A stretch of 20,990 nt of DNA from Chiloscyllium plagiosum (taxonomy: Eukaryota). The stretch covers positions 12,944,846 to 12,965,835 of the forward strand of contig NC_057749.1 in NCBI RefSeq assembly GCF_004010195.1, written 5' to 3'. Position numbers and translations under genes: made by a program. Shown in pieces: positions 10,764-20,695 of this stretch; the stretch's first letter is position 1, and every line of letters begins with the position of its first letter. The notes under the pieces are model-generated. The model made no database searches and was not told the origin of the DNA. It saw only the letters and a list, made by a program, of their open reading frames with translations.

Positions 10764-12071
10764 GTATGGGGCCCATAGGGGTGGCACCTGCCTGATTTAA
10801 ACCAATTGAACAGGTGGAAGTAGAACATTAGTTGTTCTGTGCTTTTTACTAACACCCATGCAGGCATTGGTTTTCTTGGTCAGCAGTTTTGGTGCTATGC
10901 ACTGTACAACCGGTAATTTTTTGGGGGGAGGGGGGCGTGGGAGGAGGAGGAGTGGGGTGGGTGGGAAGAGTGTCAGTTAGCTCATTTGGCTGGTTGGTAT
11001 CCTTGCAGCTCAGGTCACCTCTCCCCTCACCTGATGGATGAAAGTCCTTGTGTCTGCGTGGTGCAGTTACTACTTTTGCAACCAATAAACCCCTTAATGC
11101 ATCAATCATATTTGTGCTGCACACTATTTGCCAGTACTGTTTGCATAGGTTCAGATCTTTCCCTCACCATTGACCAAGTTGAGTGAGACAGTCTATAATC
11201 TGTAGATGTACACACAATTTCTGCTAGGAAGGTAGAAATGGAATTGTTTGGTTCCCACTGCCTTCCATAGGCAGCATGAACTGCAGAAACTAGAAAGGTT
11301 TCATGTTTCAGCTTGGATTTGTGCTCTGTGAGCTGACCACAGTTGGTGTGCTGCTAAAATTGGTGTCTGCATGTTAGAGTGAAACTCTGTCTCCCTCGCA
11401 GCGATGCAGTAACTAATCTGGAATGTGGGAACTGTTTGACCTGTCGAGTGAGAAATTGGTTTGGTTTGGTTTGTGACAGCTTCCCACACTTCAATAAATT
11501 GCCAGTGTGCGTCCAGATTCTGTTATGAATGCTCAGTGACTGGACAGAACACCAAAGGGCACCCTGGATCAGTGGGGGTTGTGCAGTAGCAGGGATTTAC
11601 CCTCAGAAGGGGAAAATAATAATGGCACAGAAGACTGCAATGGATTAGTTGCAGTGGATCTATTCCATTGTGAAAGAGAGGTTAACTTCTGTCTCCTGTT
11701 TTCTATCTTCTAACTTCAACTCACCAAACTTCTAACTATTTTCTAATTGCATCCAAGTCCCATTCATCCTGACCTCTCTGCTCACTTAAGGCATTGCTTA
11801 ACTGACGTCCAAAGTTTCCTCAGTGTGGGTTCACTTCTGGCCGAGGTCACTATGAATGTCTTGCTGCCTAACCTTTTCACTAGCCTAAGATGTGATTTTT
11901 CTCTCTCGTGCACGTGCTGTTTGCTCAAAGCAGCCTTATGGTCCCATGGCAACTTTACCTTTTATCACCAGTCAAACCCTTGATGCAGAGATAATATTCA
12001 TGCAGCACACTATTTGCTTTCGAAATCTGTAGTCATCCCTGACTCTGTCACCCTGACTCTATCCTCTCCTT

Positions 12072-12286
12072 GCTGAAACTTTATTGCTGGAACAGCACAA
12101 CAGGTAAGGCAGCATCTAGGGAACAGAAGATTCGACGTTTCGGGCACACGCCCTTCTTCTTCCTGAAGAAGGGCGTGTGCCCGAAACGTCGAATCTTCTG
12201 TTCCCTAGATGCTGCCTGACCTGTTGTGCTGTTCCAGCAATAAAGTTTCAGCTTTGATCTCCAGCGTCTGCAGACCTCACTTTCTC
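12072..12286 (+). mobile_element. Non-autonomous foldback element, probably derived from a Penelope-like element (PLE) pseudo-LTR
   Basis: Inverted arms 12072-12159 and 12165-12252 (87/88 complementary), 5-nt spacer, 34-nt tail, flanking 15-bp direct repeat ctctatcctctcctt (12057-12071, 12287-12301). Confidence 0.88.
12160..12193 (+). ncRNA. Minimal hammerhead-ribozyme-like motif
   Basis: TTC-CTGAAGA-A-GGGC-gtgt-GCCC-GAAA-C-GTC-GAA: CUGANGA box, 4-bp stem II, GAAA box, GUC triplet, 3-bp stem I (TTC/GAA). Stem III is reduced to the palindrome ACGT. Confidence 0.6.
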
Positions 12287-12301
12287 CTCTATCCTCTCCT
12301 T

Positions 12302-12610
12302 CCAGACTTAGACTTTCTGTGCTGCTCTAATTCTGACCTCCTTGAACATCCCTAATTTTCCTCGTTCACCACTAGCATCTTGCCTTCAGCTGTTGTGCCC
12401 AAGTTATGGAATTGCCTTTCTGGATCTCTACAGCTTGTGTTTTTGTTTTGTATCAAGTGCTCTGTAAAGCCCACCTCTCTTTAATCATTGTTTAGTCTCC
12501 TGCCCAGTATCTCCTTGGGTTGCTTAGTATCAGTTTTTTTTTGTTTTGCCCATGTGAAGTGCTTTAGGATGTTTTACTATGTTAGAGGTTCTCTGTAAAT
12601 GCATGTTTTG
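12302..12610 (+). mobile_element. Old L2-like LINE 3' end flanking the foldback insertion
   Basis: Decayed recalled motifs aattctgacctc, tgccttcagctg..ggaatt, tgtgaagtgctttaggatgttttactatgttagagg..taaatgca. Confidence 0.5.
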
Positions 12611-12664
12611 TCTGCACTAGGTAAATGTAGACTTTCAAGCACTGAGATTGGGGTTATGTTCTGT

Positions 12665-13060
12665 GCAGCCACAATGTGACATTCCAACTCTATGCTCAAT
12701 GCACTGACCGACAAAGGCAAACGTGCCAGATGCCATTTTCACACCCTGTCTACCTGTGACTCCACTTTCAAGGAACTATGCACTGTCATTCTTGAGTTTC
12801 TCTGTTCTACAACACTTCCTAGGGCCCTACCATTTGTGTATCAGTCCTGCCATGAGTCGCCTTACCAAATGCACCTCAGTCATCTAAGTTAAACTGTCTG
12901 GCACTCCTTGGCCCACTGACCCATCTGATCAAGATCCCATTGTACTGTGATATACATTTCTCTGATCTCTATACTGACAATTTTGATGTCATCTGCAAAC
13001 TTACTAACCGTACCTCCTCTATTTACGTCCAAATCATTTATATAAATGACGAAAAGCAGA
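12665..13060 (-). mobile_element. Internal CR1-clade LINE RT fragment
   Basis: Minus-strand translation LLFVIYINDLDVNRGGTVSKFADDIKI...DLDQMGQWAKE (FADD at 12999-12988). Boundaries approximate. Confidence 0.85.
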
Positions 13061-13190
13061 GAGCATGGAGTTTTGAGTCTGGTGTGTCTCTGTTCTGTTA
13101 GAGCTGAAATACTCTGCCATTGAGGCAGAAAAGGCTCCATGAGATCCAGTGGATGATTGAAGTGATGCTAATTAGTTCCTCTGTTTCTAG

Positions 13191-13271
13191 TGGGAGCCCA
13201 AGGTTCTACAGTGTGAGAGAGATTTTGAGCGGATCTCCCTAACCATTCGGAAGGAAGTTGCTCGGTTTGAG
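13191..13271 (+). CDS. SNX1: Sorting nexin-1 coding exon (BAR domain), 81 nt
   Basis: Acceptor ttctag|TGG, donor GAG|gtaaca. Reads WEPKVLQCERDFERISLTIRKEVARFE. Not in the ORF track. Confidence 0.95.
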
Positions 13272-13419
13272 GTAACACTCTTTTAATGGAGTCAGCTAAA
13301 ACTGGCTGTGCCTTTTATGAATGACCCTAGTCAGCTAGGGAATACTGGGGCTGTTACCTTGTGGAAGTTGGACCCTCTTATGTTTTAATTCTCCTTTTTT
13401 TGTTTTCGTACGCTTTCAG

Positions 13420-13491
13420 AAAGAGCAAATCAAAGACTTCAAAAGTCGGATTATTGTGTATTTGGAAACACTTCAGAACTCTCAGCAACAG
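13420..13491 (+). CDS. SNX1: Sorting nexin-1 coding exon (BAR domain), 72 nt
   Basis: Follows a 148-nt intron with a T-rich tract. Acceptor tttcag|AAA, donor CAG|gtgagc. Reads KEQIKDFKSRIIVYLETLQNSQQQ. Confidence 0.95.
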
Positions 13492-13716
13492 GTGAGCTAA
13501 TACCTGAGCATTTTCTTATTCTTTTAAAACAGCTTGTTGTTTGCATCCTGTTCCAGATACTGTTTAATATGAGAAGCTGGAATCTTGCTATAGAATGTTA
13601 AATGATTGATTGGAGGGGCTCGAGAGGGATGTTTGGTAGATTTTCAGAACATATCAATTTCAGAAGTTATTCAACAAACTACCTAATGAATTGTGTATAG
13701 CTCCTTGGTCTACACC

Positions 13717-14198
13717 TTACCATCAAGAAGGTCAAGGGCAGCAGATACATGCACGTTCCCTCCAAGCTACTCCCCATCCTGACTTGGAAATATCACTGTT
13801 CATTCAGTGTCACTGGGTCAAAATCCTGCAACTCTCCCTGAATCTCACTGTGGGTCTATCTACACCTTGTGAAGTGTAACAGTTCAAGGAGACCGCTTAC
13901 CACCTTCCCTAGAGAAATTAAGGATGGCCCAACCAGTGAAGTACCCACCTTGATTAAAAAATGCATGGAAAATCTCCATCTACAATCATCCCCTCCCAAG
14001 TGTATCTCCATCCTGACATTTACAATATATTTCTGTTGCTTCATTGTCACCGGGTCAAAATCCTGGAGCTCCCTTCCTTCCTAATAGCCCTGTAGGTGTC
14101 CCTCTTTTCCCCCAAGGACTGCAGAAATTTGAGGTCAGGTCAGTTAGGGATGGCAGGAAGCACTAGCCTGGCCAGTTTCCTCTATCTCATGAATTAAC
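13717..14198 (+). mobile_element. Two tandem diverged copies of a LINE 3'-UTR-type repeat (~13717-13961 and ~13963-14198)
   Basis: Shared collinear blocks ccatcctgac, gtcacYgggtcaaaatcctg (13809-13828 vs 14046-14065, 19/20), ctgtRggt, ttaRggatggc. First copy ends in an A run. Confidence 0.65.
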
Positions 14199-14918
14199 TA
14201 GTTGAAAAGCATAGGGTGTGTGGGAGAGGCAAACAATCAACACAAGTGTACCAGTTCAGGGAAGTGTTGGAGGATTTGAAGAAGCAATTAGATTTGGAAC
14301 GGGTGGGGGGTGGAAGTAGCAGGTCTGATTTTGAGTTGGACATTTTCTCATTTCTAATCTTTTCTGCAGACTTTTACCATGAAACAGTGTTATAAAACTT
14401 ACTTTTACCCAAGGAATAAGCTTCCTCAGTTGAATGCTTTCCCTGCTCCCCTCCAACCTGAGCCCTTCTAATCAGTTTTTAGCGCACTGGTTCAACTGGT
14501 AGAACGTCAGAAAGACAATAGCTTGGGAGATCTCTAATTCCATTTTGCTCAGAGTTGCACTATCCCTTGTAAGCAAGAGCAGCAGATTCACGCTGAAGGA
14601 TTTGATTTAGCTTTTTGTAAGTTTGCAGAAATTGGGAGTCTCAGCCTCTGGGGCATTCTAAGGTGAGACAATAACCTAAATTTCCTCTTTGATGCCTGTA
14701 GCCCTTTTAAATTTTCATGCAAGAGTGGTAACTAAAGGTTCCCAAGTGTGTAAGGGCTCTGTGCAGAGTCTTGTGTTGCCAAGCAGCTTGTAGGGAATAG
14801 CAAAACTACAGATCAGAAAGAAAGTGTTTAAAAGCTGAGTTTCACTTGCTTGCAGTTTATTTGCAAATGGACTTTTGTTTCAATTACTGAACCTCATAAC
14901 AATACTTTCTGTTGACAG

Positions 14919-14969
14919 CTCATCAAATACTGGGAAGCTTTCCTACCAGAAGCAAAAGCCATTGCGTAG
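14919..14969 (+). CDS. SNX1: Sorting nexin-1 terminal coding exon segment
   Basis: Acceptor tgacag|CTC. Reads LIKYWEAFLPEAKAIA then TAG (14967-14969), the characteristic SNX1/SNX2 C-terminus. Confidence 0.96.
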   Translation, partial: LIKYWEAFLPEAKAIA

Positions 14970-16710
14970 TGGAATTGAAAACGGAGTGGACACTTGCTGC
15001 CTTTTATATTGTATCTCCAGCCTATAAGTGAATCTGCAATATCATCTATAAAAGGGGACACTTTTTTTTAATGGTTGCAGGTTTTTCTTGCTCTTCCTAT
15101 GATAAATCTTGAATTATCTTTCATTTTCATATATTTTCTTATGAATTGATCAGTTGGGAAGCCCAATTGTGATGGAATTTGAATTTTTTGAATGCCCATT
15201 GCAGATATGGGTTTGGGAAGGGGAGAGGAGGGAGGGGAGTGGAGATATTATCAGAACTTGTCCCCACAGCATCCACTCTTTTTCTCCTAATGACAAACTC
15301 CTGCTCTTCTCCAACAGAACTGTTGGGTTTTTTTAAATAAAAGAAAACCTGTCTTTCCTTTAACCTGAGTTCCACAGATCTGAGAGGACCAAAGATTTTG
15401 AGGGATCCAAGTGTTGAGAGCTCTGTAGTCAGGACTAGGACAACCAGCGGTGGAACATCAGACTGACACCTTTTAAAACTCTAATCGAGCTTTCAAAACA
15501 AAGTACTACAGCTGGCCTGGAACTCCAAGCAGCCAGTACTAATGGCCAAACCATGATTGCCAGTACATGAATAGGCAACATTGTTTACACATGTCCTCTT
15601 TTTCTCTGAACCTGCATCCATGCTGTTTGTATTGTTTTCTTGCTAGTCTTTGAACTTTGCATTACCATTATAGTTATATAGCTGCTGGACTGAGTAGAAG
15701 TGAAGAAGGTCTCAACAAAATAGGTTTATAGGCTAAGTTCACGTTAAATACAGTTAAACATGGGGGTCTTAAATATGGACTGTGCTGAGGACTGATAAAG
15801 AATTCCTCCCATTTGTGAACTTTCAATGACTCAGCCGCTGTGTTTGGTTAAGGGAATTCTGTAACATGGTTGTCTCTGGCTGAGATGACTACCCATGTAT
15901 TCCTGAGCCAAGTTGAATTACCAGCCCTATGTTCCACTTTAAATTTTCTATCTTGTAGTGGTTTCCAAGACTATACTTTTTCACAAGTGTCAAGACAATA
16001 AATTGTATGCCATAACTGGAACAAGTGGCTCCATCCAAATATAACCTGTTTACTGCGGCCTGATTTAGCTGACTAACATTACTGTTCATGCACAAGTGTG
16101 AGCAGTTGCAACTTACCTTGCTTAGTGCTGTTTTATGGACTGATTGTGGAGTCTAAATACAAAGAATTTGGGGGTGAAAAATGAAATAGAGACTGGTAAA
16201 AGATTGATTTACAACAGTGCTGTAGAACAACCTGATAAACACTGGTGTATTTGACTCTAATCTGTTTATGGTGCAACAAAAAGGCCCTTGTCACTTGCTC
16301 CTCCATTGTCATTGAACTCCTGTAGTAACCATCCAGCCATGAGTGAGACTAGCAGGAGAGACTTTCCCGGAAACTGTGACCTGACAAAGCCAAGTATCCT
16401 TGTCTGCTTTCCTGACTGACAGTCAAAGCGAGTTGGAAGGCAACAGAACCGTCTGTTTACAAACCTGTTTATGGCCTGCTCTCCTGTATTACTTCAGTAT
16501 TCTGGAAAAAGATACTGGTGTTCCTGCACACACAATCGGTAATCTTTACTCATTATGCACTAAAACCTTTTTTAAATTTTCAGTTTAATGTACTTTCAGA
16601 GGAACTGAGAATTCTCTTTCACTTTGTTCTCAAGTAGAAAAAAAAATCAGTTCCTCGTCTAGTTGTGACCTCAACTTTCAAATAAAGTTCACAAATGATT
16701 TACCAAACCT
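14970..16710 (+). other. SNX1: Probable SNX1 3' UTR (~1.7 kb; end approximate)
   Basis: Follows the stop codon, AT-rich, no recognisable retroelement, and ends at an AATAAA followed by a GT/T-rich tract. Confidence 0.55.
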
Positions 16711-16741
16711 GTTTTAGTTTCTTTTTTGTCAAAGTAATAAA
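16681..16741 (+). terminator. Candidate polyadenylation signal(s) of SNX1
   Basis: AATAAA at 16681-16686, GT/T-rich downstream element gttttagtttcttttttgtc at 16711-16730, second AATAAA at 16736-16741. Confidence 0.55.
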
Positions 16742-17099
16742 TTTGTATTACAACCAGTATAAGCACAGTCAGGAATTTGCCTGGTTTCTGCATTCAGTGT
16801 AATGTAACAGAGCAGAAAGTTCCCATCTCTGTGCTGTGTTCATTGGAATGTGACAACCTGTCCTTTTTAGACTTGGGTCAGAAAGGAAATCAGCCAGGAT
16901 TCTTGCTTCCAGTGAAGAATGCAAGCGTGCAGTCAAATCCACTCCATCGGCATGATTCCTTACTTTCAATGAAGGAAGTAGAACTGGAAAGATTTTATCT
17001 TGTCTGATTTTGAAATAATTAGATCTTTTTGACAGTCTGTCCCCACACTGCATGTTTGAGTTCTGTGCATACCATCTGCAAAATATCAATCTTTCCAAA

Positions 17100-17343
17100 C
17101 TAGTGACCTCTAACCTGGAAGGATGAGGGTAGTAGGTTTATCAGACAACATAACTACCAGTCTCTCACCCTTCTGACATTACGCTGCATCTGAATCCTGG
17201 ACTACCCTGTTCTCTGCACAGTGTTTGGAGTAGAGTGAAGGTGGCTCACCACTGTCCAAAGGGCACCTGACTTAGCAGTGGTGACCTGACTATTCCAGTT
17301 TTGTTGGTGATGCTTATCTCCTAAGAATGAATTTAAAAAAAAA
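17100..17343 (+). mobile_element. Third, more decayed copy of the same LINE 3'-end family
   Basis: Collinear remnants gaaggatgagggtagtag, ctgacatt, aatcctgga, ggctcaccac, ending gaatgaattt plus an A run. Confidence 0.45.
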
Positions 17344-18621
17344 TACATTGAGGCATTGTTTTGTATGTAGGTTTCCTCATGAAGGAATGTTTCAGATTTT
17401 GTTTTGAACAGATAAAGGAAGAGTCTGGCTGCAAGTCTAGGTGAAGAATGAATTTTGTTTTGGTCACCCCACCCTCTACTGTTGACCGTAATGGCTAGGG
17501 TTTAATTTGATTTGTGTAATCTAATTATTTTCCTAATTGGAATGTTCCTGGTTCTTGTTCAGCGAATGGATGCTCCTGCTGAAGATCACCATTTGCTTGT
17601 ATCTTGCGTTACAAGCTCCACGTAATATAAATTGGCATCAAAGAGCATGTTCTAATAGATCTGTTTGGATTTCTAATGAGCTTTTGTCCCTCAGAAGTTT
17701 ATTTGTGGCGCTCTGGCTTCAGAGTTTCCTTGTCTGAAAAGCCCTTTTGATTGAATTTTACATGCAGTGTTTTCATTCCCCTCTTTGTCTGCATTTTGTT
17801 AAACGCTTTCATTGCAGCCAAGATTAAAAAGGGCTGATGGAGCTCGCAGCTGCTGATGCTCATTGGGACACGCTGTCCCCTTTCCCACAAAGGAAATATA
17901 TTCAACAACTGCTTCAATCATCCTGGTAGCCAGGCCACTGTTGATCTCCTCTAGTCCGTGTCTGTGGATTGAGATGCTGGGTATTAGTCATTGAATCTGA
18001 TTCTTGGCTCAAACCTATCTTTTTCAAGAAAAGAGGGGCAAGTAATCAATTAAGTGTAGAAAGTTCTTAACAATTGTGGGTTAGGGTGGGAATGTGGAAG
18101 GAAGGATCAGGGGTACAATATAATTAGGTGCCAGCAGAGTTTTTATATGACTGCCGTTGTTAGTGATTGGAAAAGAGAAGTGGCGTTTGCTGATGTGACA
18201 GTATGGTTAGCTGCTGTAGTAATTTGTGTAATCATCAGGCACCTAACTTCCCCGTGGCTAAGGAAATTAGAGAAAGAGGTTTTTTTAAATTTCCTTCTGG
18301 AAGTCATTGTCAGATGAGCAGAGACTTCCTGTGTGTTAAGTAATCTTTCCAAGTCACGTGTATGTTGGTGTTTTATTTCTACGTATACTGTTTTTATTAG
18401 TATATGGCCAGCTCAGTGGGAGCCAGATTTGTCTCAGGGTACAGTTCTTGCACCTAAAACCACTGGCAGTTCTCACTTGAAGAAAGCTTTGCAGATATTT
18501 TCTTCCACAGATTTCTGCCACTTTTCATTCCAGTACTTCTAGCACAAACCATTTGTCTGATTATGTTTCTGTTTTGTAGAAACACAATTGCTATTTGGAG
18601 AAAGTGGCTAATGAGACAAAA

Positions 18622-18715
18622 TTAAAAATCTCACAACACCAGGTTATAGTCCAACTGGTGTGTGATTTTTTTTTAACTTTGCCCACCCCAATCCAACAGC
18701 GGCACCTCCACATCA
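18622..18715 (+). mobile_element. Internally deleted foldback element (second family)
   Basis: Imperfect inverted ends ttaaaaatctcacaacaccag / ctggtgtgtgattttt..taa plus a ~38-nt unpaired tail. Resembles a recalled shark palindromic repeat lacking its centre. Confidence 0.5.
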
Positions 18716-18818
18716 TACACGAGGCAGACTACCATTCTCTGATTCCTTGAAGCGGTTTGCGTATGCAGTTGGTAAACCATGAACATTCCATTCCAGAGTT
18801 TGAAGATGCAAGAAAACT

Positions 18819-18878
18819 AACCAAAGAACTGCAGATGCGAGAAACTTGAAACAAAAACAAATTGCTGGAAAACTTCAG
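18819..18878 (-). mobile_element. Short PLE pseudo-LTR/tail fragment
   Basis: Reverse complement (ctgaagttttccagcaatttgtttttgtttcaagtttctcgcatctgcagttctttgg) aligns with 4704-4760 and 12230-12273. Confidence 0.6.
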
Positions 18879-19402
18879 ATTGTAGAGAGTCCATTGTTTT
18901 TTATGTTAGATAATTAAAATTTGTTTTCTTTTACCAGCAAAGAGAAGCTATCTGGAGTTGATGCTGTCTGTGTTCCTCGTTTCCCATGATTGATGACAGC
19001 TACCCATTCACCACGGCAGTGAATTCACTGAAACTACTGTGCACACTGGAGATCTGAAGGACTCAGCAGATCTAACAGTTAGTGCTGAGTGGTTCGCTTC
19101 TGATTCATTACAGTTATCCTGACATCACCATAACTTATTGTCCTCAATCACAATCTAACATTAGTTTATTCAGAAGTTAATGTGTATTAGTTCTTTCTAA
19201 AATCGTTTTCTCTTCACCAAATGGCAGTGAGATGTTCCTTTGGTTGCCAATTCTTAGCATCTTCCTTTGGTTTATTTAAATTCTCTTAAATTTACAGGTT
19301 TAGATAAAATGAAATGGCATCACCCCACCTCTCTAGATTGTGATTCACTGGATGCGGGTGGCCATATCTAGACCAGAATTTTCGGCAAATTCTGACTTGC
19401 TG

Positions 19403-19519
19403 TTTTCCTAATCAATCTGATCGCAGATGTAATTACCCTGTACACACCTCTGGGGTGGGTGGGTCTTGAACTCAGGTCACCTGGCTCAGAGGTAGGGACA
19501 CTGCCATTATGCTACGAGA
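19403..19519 (-). mobile_element. Short tRNA-derived SINE-like element
   Basis: Minus strand has A box TAGCATAATGG (19514-19504) and B box AGTTCAAGACC (19472-19462) at tRNA-like spacing, but no intact cloverleaf. Confidence 0.6.
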
Positions 19520-20189
19520 ATGATTATTAGTGCCACATTGCTATGTGCTTCCATCCATGTGGCTCACAAATAGTGTGAAATCAGCCTAGATGTTGCCAGG
19601 CTCCTGAGCAGGTACATGTTAACGGAAAGACTGGGCAGATCGCCAGTGCACTGTTTAATGTCACGTCTTTATCTTTCAGAGAAATACGTAAAAGTTGCAC
19701 TGAAATAGGAGTTTGGTTCAGTTGATCTGTTTGCTTTCCACAACAACAAATCCTTTGCATCCTATTTACCTACCCTGTTTCCATGTCCATTAATGTCTGT
19801 CATTCACTTTTCCAATCTAATCTTAAATGAGCCTTTGTGCTATTTAAAGATCTGCCTCATAACTTCACTGCTGGCTAATAACAAGTCAACTGGTGTTTAT
19901 TATTCTTTCCAGAATTTATTTGTCGGTGCTGTTTGATGTCTGTTCTCTCCCTAAGTAACTTTTAAAAGTAGTCTGGAGTGATTCAAACTGTGATTTTTAC
20001 CCACCTTAATCCAAACCCTTTGCATGGTCAGTTATTCTGCCTTTTGTTACCTCTGCTGCCTTTCCACCTGTGTTCTGAGTCTACCTCCCCTTCCGTGGTC
20101 AGCTTTGCACACTGAACCTTGCCTTCCTTTTGGCAGTCTCTCTCTCTAACTAATTGACCCACTCACACTCTTCCTCAATTCGCTCAGTG

Positions 20190-20430
20190 CCCTGACCTCC
20201 ATCACACTTTTGATTTTGCGGATTGATGACCCTTTTGATGATTAATTTCTCCCCATCTGTTTTAAATCTGCTACCACTTATCCCAGAACCCTGACCTCGA
20301 CATTGTCCCACGTGGGGAAATATCTTCGCTGTATCAAATTTAACATTTTACAGATCCAAATGTGATCTCTCATTTTTCTAAACTCTGGAGAGTATAAGAC
20401 TAAGAAATATTTAGTCCTGGTTTGATCAGT
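20190..20430 (-). mobile_element. Old CR1 3'-region fragment
   Basis: ggggaaatatcttc...ctctcatttttctaaactctggagagta is similar in reverse complement to the CR1 segment near 9270-9380. Boundaries approximate. Confidence 0.5.
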
Positions 20431-20499
20431 CTGCCTCCAATCCGAATTCAATCCAGATCCAGTCCTTCTTTAATTCTGCTTTAATATGAATTTAATCTG

Positions 20500-20690
20500 T
20501 CTGCAATCCGATTTAATCCGGGATAGGTCCGCTCCGCTCCAGTCCGGGTTTAACGTGGTTCCAGGAGGAGGGGCCGGTCACTCTCGGAGACTCGGAGCTG
20601 GAGCTGGAGCTGGAGCCCGGGATGATCCAGGTCCGGATCCCGAGCATCGGCCAAGGGGCGAGCGGGGACTCGGAGAAGGTTCATACGGTG
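20500..20690 (+). promoter_or_regulatory. CpG-rich promoter/5' UTR region of the SNX22-like gene
   Basis: Abrupt switch from CpG-poor background to GC- and CpG-rich sequence immediately before the ATG. Contains (GGAGCT)3GGAGC at 20594-20616. Confidence 0.55.
20622..20687 (+). CDS. SNX22: First coding exon of a SNX22-like PX-domain sorting nexin
   Basis: cccgggATG (G at -3), reads MIQVRIPSIGQGASGDSEKVHT, phase-0 donor ACG|gtgagg, in a CpG-rich patch. Resembles the recalled SNX22 N-terminus (MLEVHIPSVG...EKSHM) more than SNX24 (MEVYIPSF...ERGYT). SNX22 lies directly downstream of SNX1 in human. Confidence 0.8.
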
Positions 20691-20695
20691 AGGGG

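Noticed and set aside
12072..12252. Interpretation as a canonical pre-miRNA or a classic MITE
   Set aside because: The stem is longer and more perfect than a typical pre-miRNA, and the one-sided tail, 15-bp TSD and similarity to the PLE remnant argue against a TIR DNA transposon.
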